Origin: a virus
Lineage: Duplodnaviria > Caudoviricetes
DNA: 32,289 bases
Strand: one strand, 5' to 3'
IMG/VR virus record: IMGVR_UViG_3300035670_000856
Span: 1 to 32,289 of that record
In this document: positions 27,539-32,289 of the stretch, piece by piece
Layout: each line of letters starts with the position of its first letter
Numbering within the stretch: the first letter of the stretch is position 1
Notes under the pieces: generated by a model
Seen by the model: only the letters and a program-made list of their open reading frames with translations
Told to the model about the DNA's origin: nothing
Databases searched by the model: none
Made by a program: the position numbers and the translations under genes

Positions 27539-27574
27539 TATGTATTAATGCACACAAAACAATTACATATTAAA

Positions 27575-27784
27575 ATGCAATCTTTCAATGGCTTCTTTAG
27601 TAGCTGTTTATTTATAGTATTAGCTCATGTTAGTTCTTTATTAGTAGTATATGAGAGTAGTGTCATACTTCAAAACGCAAGTTACACTATGGCTATTTTG
27701 GTTGCATTGGATACATTAACTGGCAATCCTATTAAGAACACATTTAAAAAAATTTGTAAATCATTCTATGATAAAAAGCGTTGA
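27575..27784 (+). CDS. Putative holin
   Basis: Two hydrophobic segments and a basic C-terminus, overlapping the endolysin start. Start uncertain (27548 or 27575). Confidence 0.5.
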   Translation: MQSFNGFFSSCLFIVLAHVSSLLVVYESSVILQNASYTMAILVALDTLTGNPIKNTFKKICKSFYDKKR

Positions 27785-28238
27785 TTTAATAAAGTTGTAC
27801 GGCGACCCAAGTATTGATACAATTAAATGGGAACGTAAAAATATGGTAGTATGGCAAGTGCCAAGTTTTATTACCGAATACATCGAATGTTTACCTAAAA
27901 AAATGTATGTTCATTATACATTTCAAGATACATTGCATGATTGGTTTGAACATCTACTAAGCAATGGATTATATAAAGAGATAAAAACGTATGATGGGTG
28001 TTGGAACGTCCGCAAAAAAAGAGGACTATCAACATTAAGTATACATGCTTTTGGTATGGCTGTTGATTTAAATGCGTCTCATAATCCATTAGGATTAAAT
28101 CGAGATCAATGTATTGCAAAAGGTTTGAAGCCTTTTTCAAATAAATTTATTGATGCTAGTAGGAAATACCTTGACTGTGGTGCTGATTGGCAAACTAGGC
28201 CGGATCTTATGCACTTTCAAATAAAAAAGGGTAATTAA
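27768..28238 (+). CDS. Endolysin, peptidase M15 family (L-Ala-D-Glu peptidase-like)
   Basis: NVRKKRG, SIHAFGMAVD (SxHxxGxAxD), DLMHFQ zinc-peptidase motifs. Confidence 0.88.
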   Translation: MIKSVDLIKLYGDPSIDTIKWERKNMVVWQVPSFITEYIECLPKKMYVHYTFQDTLHDWFEHLLSNGLYKEIKTYDGCWNVRKKRGLSTLSIHAFGMAVDLNASHNPLGLNRDQCIAKGLKPFSNKFIDASRKYLDCGADWQTRPDLMHFQIKKGN

Positions 28239-28255
28239 TTAAAACTACCCTTTTT
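28224..28255. terminator. Probable terminator, possibly bidirectional
   Basis: AAAAAGGGTA...TACCCTTTTT perfect 10-bp inverted repeat across the endolysin stop. Confidence 0.65.
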
Positions 28256-28310
28256 ACACACAATGGAAACACAATAAAGAAAACAACATTACAAATATAT
28301 ACATACTACT

Positions 28311-28502
28311 ATGAAATTAAAAAACTATTGGGAACCTACGCCAAAATTCGCGCGCGCGTTTGGTGATGCGTTATTATCTATTGGTGCACTGTGCACAACG
28401 TATAATATTGTTACTGATGACAAATATGTAGCAATGTTTTGTTTGGCATGTGGTGTGATTGGAAAGTTTATGACGAATTTTTTCACGCATGAAGATATTT
28501 AG
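28311..28502 (+). CDS. Small two-TM membrane protein, holin-like
   Basis: YWEPTPKF...GDALL followed by two hydrophobic helices; next to the endolysin. Confidence 0.6.
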   Translation: MKLKNYWEPTPKFARAFGDALLSIGALCTTYNIVTDDKYVAMFCLACGVIGKFMTNFFTHEDI

Positions 28503-29070
28503 TCAAAATAACGAACAGGATATAATTGTAAATTATTTTAAAGGATTCACTGGGAAGTTTTTAGATCTTGGTGCGTATGATGGTGTAACTTTTAGCAATA
28601 CGTATGCTCTTGCTTTAAGTGGTTGGCGTGGTGTTGCTGTTGAAGGTTCGCCAAGCGTATTTATTGATCTAAAAAAAAATGTAAAAGGTTTGCCAATTGA
28701 ACTTTGCCAAGTTGTTATTACTCATTCAAAAGAAGACTTAGTTACATGGCATGATAATAATCAAGCAACTGCTACTTATGTAGAGGCTAATGTGGTTAAA
28801 TGGCAGCGTGAAACACCATTTAGTACAATGACTATTATGACTTGTAAAGTTGATAGATTAATTGAATTATATGGTACAGCATTTGATTTTGTAAATATTG
28901 ATATTGAAGGTGGTTCTGTTGATATATTTAAGACACTTATTAAATTAATGCCTAGTGTCAAATTATGGTGTGTCGAGCATGATAATAGAATAAATGAGAT
29001 AAAAAATGCATTACCAAAGGCTAAAATTTTGCTTTATAATGCAGAAAATGTGATTTTGGCAACAAATTAA
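28489..29070 (+). CDS. FkbM-family SAM-dependent methyltransferase
   Basis: SQ..EQ, FLDLGAYDG..FSNT, GWRGVAVE, DFVNIDIEG, VEH. Confidence 0.88.
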   Translation: MKIFSQNNEQDIIVNYFKGFTGKFLDLGAYDGVTFSNTYALALSGWRGVAVEGSPSVFIDLKKNVKGLPIELCQVVITHSKEDLVTWHDNNQATATYVEANVVKWQRETPFSTMTIMTCKVDRLIELYGTAFDFVNIDIEGGSVDIFKTLIKLMPSVKLWCVEHDNRINEIKNALPKAKILLYNAENVILATN

Positions 29071-29198
29071 TAGAAAATTATCTAATTGAGAATCAATCAG
29101 TTAGGTTATTTTTTTCATTTTTTTTATATAAAGTTATAAAGTAATAAAATTGTTGGTATATTTACATCATCAAACAACAACAATCAAAATCAAACAAA

Positions 29199-29429
29199 AT
29201 GGAAAATCAAAAAAATCAAATCGTTGGTTGGGCAGTAGTTTACGTTGTATCACGTCAAGGGAAATTATTTGCAAACCTAAAAAATGAAACCATTGCAGCA
29301 TTTCATTCGCAGGTTGATGCAATACAATATTGCGATTCGTGTAACATTACTGGATATTTGGATGAATTACACACCGGATATCGTGTTTATCCAATGCATT
29401 GGATTCCAAAAGGCATTACATTAAAATAA
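29199..29429 (+). CDS. Hypothetical early protein
   Basis: 76 aa, CA-rich leader, promoter-like TATATTTAC at 29157. Confidence 0.65.
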   Translation: MENQKNQIVGWAVVYVVSRQGKLFANLKNETIAAFHSQVDAIQYCDSCNITGYLDELHTGYRVYPMHWIPKGITLK

Positions 29430-29476
29430 ACAAACAACAAGCTAACAAACTAAAAATTACCTAAAACAAGTAAAAA

Positions 29477-29701
29477 ATGGAAAACAACACAAACAAAGAA
29501 GTAATTACATTCGAACTACACCGAACAGATATCCACGGGCTTGCATATTATAGAGTTTATGTAAACGGCAAGCGTGTTATGAAGGGCAAGCGCAACCAAC
29601 CTAAGACGTATGGAAATAATTTCTTGATTGGTAGCGTAAAAAACGAAGAGGGCGCACTAAGGCAGTACCTGTCTATATGGAAGGCTGTCACTTGGTATTA
29701 A
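29477..29701 (+). CDS. Hypothetical early protein
   Basis: 74-aa ORF starting MENNTN. Confidence 0.65.
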   Translation: MENNTNKEVITFELHRTDIHGLAYYRVYVNGKRVMKGKRNQPKTYGNNFLIGSVKNEEGALRQYLSIWKAVTWY

Positions 29702-29736
29702 TTCTAAAAACACTAACCCAATAAAACACAAACACA

Positions 29737-30060
29737 ATGGAAAACAGCACAAACAACCTCACACAGTACATTGGATCATTTGTAAATCGTTACGGATACA
29801 GTGATATCGACCCAGTAGGACAAATAGTAGGTATTAAAGGCAAAACAACGCTTATTATTAGAAGGGTTGAAGCTGGGAAAAATAAAACTAAGATGGAATT
29901 TATACCAGGTGGTTTTTCGGCAACATGTGTAAATCAATACGAGCAAGAGTATGATTTTGAAATTCTTGACTACACATTTGAAATGCGTTACTCAAAGCAA
30001 TTTTTGAAGCAATATAGAATTGATTCTAAACCAGTAAAATATTACGATTATAATTTCTAA
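29737..30060 (+). CDS. Hypothetical early protein
   Basis: 107-aa ORF starting MENSTN; GYSD..P, FIPGGF and YYDYNF motifs. Confidence 0.7.
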   Translation: MENSTNNLTQYIGSFVNRYGYSDIDPVGQIVGIKGKTTLIIRRVEAGKNKTKMEFIPGGFSATCVNQYEQEYDFEILDYTFEMRYSKQFLKQYRIDSKPVKYYDYNF

Positions 30061-30127
30061 ACAAAAAATGGGGAGCAGCATCCTACACTGCAATTTTACA
30101 CTAACTCACTAAAACAACCAAAACACA

Positions 30128-30373
30128 ATGGAACAGCAATTCATTAGCCCAATTAAAATGCTACACGACACGAACCCCGAAACCCTGCATGACTGCATTA
30201 GAGGAATGCAAAAGCTGCGGGAAGCAATAGAGTGTTTTAATGCAATCGAATTTAATGCAAGCCACTACGCAAACTTTGAAACGTTCTGTAAAGCAAAAGC
30301 CGAACGAAAACAAATGCTGACGAACCTATTCCAAGTGTTCGATTATTTTATGTTAGTAGCAAGCAAGCATTGA
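30128..30373 (+). CDS. Hypothetical early protein
   Basis: 81-aa ORF with ACACAATGGAA start context. Confidence 0.65.
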   Translation: MEQQFISPIKMLHDTNPETLHDCIRGMQKLREAIECFNAIEFNASHYANFETFCKAKAERKQMLTNLFQVFDYFMLVASKH

Positions 30374-30411
30374 ATTATAAAAATACAACCAACAAAAAAC
30401 ACAAATACACA

Positions 30412-30594
30412 ATGGAAACAATTATCAATAATCAAAAAATAGAATCAGCAATTGAATTATTTGGTGCCGATATTGTTCATCAAGTAATTACATTAGTCAG
30501 TGTATCTGATGCTGATGGTGTATGGTCATTATATGATGATATGGGAATGTATGATCATATGCAATGTGTAGAATATATTTATTTTGAACTCTAA
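30412..30594 (+). CDS. Hypothetical acidic early protein
   Basis: ATG 30412 in ACACAATGGAA context is preferred over TTG 30370. Confidence 0.65.
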   Translation: METIINNQKIESAIELFGADIVHQVITLVSVSDADGVWSLYDDMGMYDHMQCVEYIYFEL

Positions 30595-30621
30595 AAACAA
30601 TAACAATAAAACAACACAACA

Positions 30622-31053
30622 ATGAAAACAAAATTGACCTTAGATGATCTCGCTTCGCACGCAATTGGTTCATCACGCCGAAATGTATTTCAATTAAAAA
30701 ACAAGCAATTATATTGTAGCTTGCCAATATTCAAACAAATCCAAAGCGATTTAAAAGCCAAAGGTTTGTTCTTACAAGAAGATCTACCTGTTGTATTATT
30801 TCATATCAATAACCAATTTGTTATAATGCCATTTAATTCTATAAATGACGTACCACATCAATTAAAACCATTTATACGTTATTGGAAACAGGTTATGACA
30901 AGCAACCGTGATGGCAGTAAATATTTGACAGCATATCGCATTCAATGTAATGAGTTCTTTAAAAGTTCTAATGACGAATATCAATTAATTGCCGAAATTG
31001 GTGTTATTAGTAATATGACAAGTGTTATTTGTGAAATGAAAAAACTGAAATAA
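30622..31053 (+). CDS. Hypothetical protein
   Basis: 143-aa ORF. Confidence 0.65.
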   Translation: MKTKLTLDDLASHAIGSSRRNVFQLKNKQLYCSLPIFKQIQSDLKAKGLFLQEDLPVVLFHINNQFVIMPFNSINDVPHQLKPFIRYWKQVMTSNRDGSKYLTAYRIQCNEFFKSSNDEYQLIAEIGVISNMTSVICEMKKLK

Positions 31054-31055
31054 CG

Positions 31056-31550
31056 ATGAACATATTCTATGTAGATGAAAGCCCAATTGTTGCTGCACAA
31101 TCTTTATGCGATAAACATGTTTGCAAAATGATAGTTGAAAGTGCTCAAATGCTATCAACAGCACATATTGTAAATAATTCTCCAGCACCGTATAAAGCAG
31201 CATATGTAAATCACCCGTGTAATATTTGGGTTCGGCAATCAAAATATCATTACTATTGGTTATTGTCACATACAGTTGTTCTAATTCAACAATATAATAT
31301 AAGATATAATAAACAACATAAAACATCAATTGCATTACAACAACTATATAAAGCACCTATTAATTTATCAAATAATGTATTTGTGGCTCCTCCACAATGC
31401 ATGCCTGATCAATTCAAGGACACTAATACAGTTACTGCTTATAGGAAATATTATATCAATGACAAAGTTGCAATCAAGGGTCTTAAATGGTCACGTGGCA
31501 TAGATCCTCCACAATGGCTATACGACCAGCAATTGTTAATAACTTGTTAA
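31056..31550 (+). CDS. Pyrimidine-dimer DNA glycosylase / DenV-like family protein
   Basis: MNIFY.D..P, DKHVCKMIVESAQMLSTAH, YK...NHPC..W, PQCMP, AYR.YY. Confidence 0.82.
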   Translation: MNIFYVDESPIVAAQSLCDKHVCKMIVESAQMLSTAHIVNNSPAPYKAAYVNHPCNIWVRQSKYHYYWLLSHTVVLIQQYNIRYNKQHKTSIALQQLYKAPINLSNNVFVAPPQCMPDQFKDTNTVTAYRKYYINDKVAIKGLKWSRGIDPPQWLYDQQLLITC

Positions 31551-31629
31551 CAAAATAAATATATAATATTTTTAATTTATAAAGCAATAAAGTATTATTG
31601 CATCACACTAGATCTAAAAACCGATAAAA

Positions 31630-31860
31630 ATGATAGCAGTAGATATTAACTCAAGAAAAGTAGCAATTGAATTAACTGGATATTTAGAAGCTATGATTGA
31701 AGATGCTATTTATAATAACAACAAAAAATTAGCCATTGAATTATTAGAAATTTTAATTGCAGCGTATACAAATAATTGCTGGAGTTCTGAAACTAAATTA
31801 TGGCGACAAAAATATATCTACAAATATAAATTATATAAAAGCGAATATGAAACAACATGA
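31630..31860 (+). CDS. Hypothetical protein
   Basis: 76-aa ORF after an AT-rich promoter-like gap (TATTATTGCA at 31593). Confidence 0.6.
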   Translation: MIAVDINSRKVAIELTGYLEAMIEDAIYNNNKKLAIELLEILIAAYTNNCWSSETKLWRQKYIYKYKLYKSEYETT

Positions 31861-32107
31861 ACTGAAATTAATTAAGCGAGAACTACAATTTGGAGACATC
31901 AGTACTATTGCTCGTGAATGCAAAGTAAGCACAATGACAGTACATAATGCATTAAATGGAGTAGCTATTACAGACACAGCTAAACTAATAATTGAACACG
32001 CGAAAACAATCATACAACAACGCAAAAATAGGATCATAGAACTTGAAATAAAGAAAATAAAGAAAACAAAACAACCAAAACACAATGATGACCAAACTAA
32101 TATTTAG
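31847..32107 (+). CDS. Helix-turn-helix DNA-binding protein (Cro-like)
   Basis: ISTIARECKVSTMTVHNALNG is an HTH pattern; ATG 31847. Confidence 0.72.
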   Translation: MKQHELKLIKRELQFGDISTIARECKVSTMTVHNALNGVAITDTAKLIIEHAKTIIQQRKNRIIELEIKKIKKTKQPKHNDDQTNI

Positions 32108-32249
32108 CAACATAGACACGTGGATGTATATGTGGCACTTAAAACAACTACCTGACGAAGCGCTACAACTAATGGTTCTTAAATCAGGCAAAATGGTAAT
32201 GGTTCTTGATATAATAAAACTAGAATTATGGATGCAACACAACAATTAA
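32085..32249 (+). CDS. 54-aa hypothetical protein (not in the ORF track)
   Basis: MMTKLIFSNIDTWMYMWHLK...WMQHNN with ACACAATG start context. Confidence 0.5.
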   Translation: MMTKLIFSNIDTWMYMWHLKQLPDEALQLMVLKSGKMVMVLDIIKLELWMQHNN

Positions 32250-32289
32250 AACATCACACAGAATATTTCTGGCAAAGCGATTGTTTAGA
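32228..32289 (+). CDS. ORF start, 3'-truncated by the window edge
   Basis: MDATQQLKHHTEYFWQSDCL..., open to the end of the window. Confidence 0.4.
   Translation, partial: MDATQQLKHHTEYFWQSDCL

Noticed and set aside
215-32245. All minus-strand ORFs in the track (e.g. 5794-6183, 11205-11687, 30985-31356)
   Set aside because: They lie antisense to well-supported plus-strand genes, have no recognisable motifs, and are best explained as shadow ORFs.
1-32289. Stop-codon reassignment, diversity-generating retroelement, introns/inteins, integrase/att site
   Set aside because: Genes are intact and densely packed in the standard code. No reverse transcriptase, template/variable repeat pair, split gene or recombinase is visible. 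Lifestyle cannot be determined from this window.

Overview
Most of an AT-rich tailed dsDNA phage genome, siphovirus-like, with essentially all genes on the + strand. The host is probably Bacteroidota: TAnnTTTG promoter boxes precede gene blocks, and starts have A-rich leaders without Shine-Dalgarno sites. Both ends cut through genes, and no integrase is visible. Gene order: primase/helicase (5'-partial), iteron-rich putative origin, small ORFs, two GT2 glycosyltransferases, gmd, tRNA-Leu(UAA), fcl, TerS/TerL, tail chaperone with a likely -1 frameshift, tape measure, two tail-tip proteins, a third glycosyltransferase, portal with a Zn-finger insert, MuF minor head protein carrying an ADP-ribosyltransferase domain plus a small Cys-rich partner, scaffold, major capsid, head-tail and tail-tube genes, lysis genes, FkbM methyltransferase, and cassette-like early genes. 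The two strongest candidate systems are a phage-encoded GDP-fucose plus glycosyltransferase plus methyltransferase pathway interleaved with virion genes (possible virion glycosylation) and a capsid-delivered MuF-ART toxin with a putative immunity protein. All product calls come from motifs read by eye and from synteny; no database search was run.
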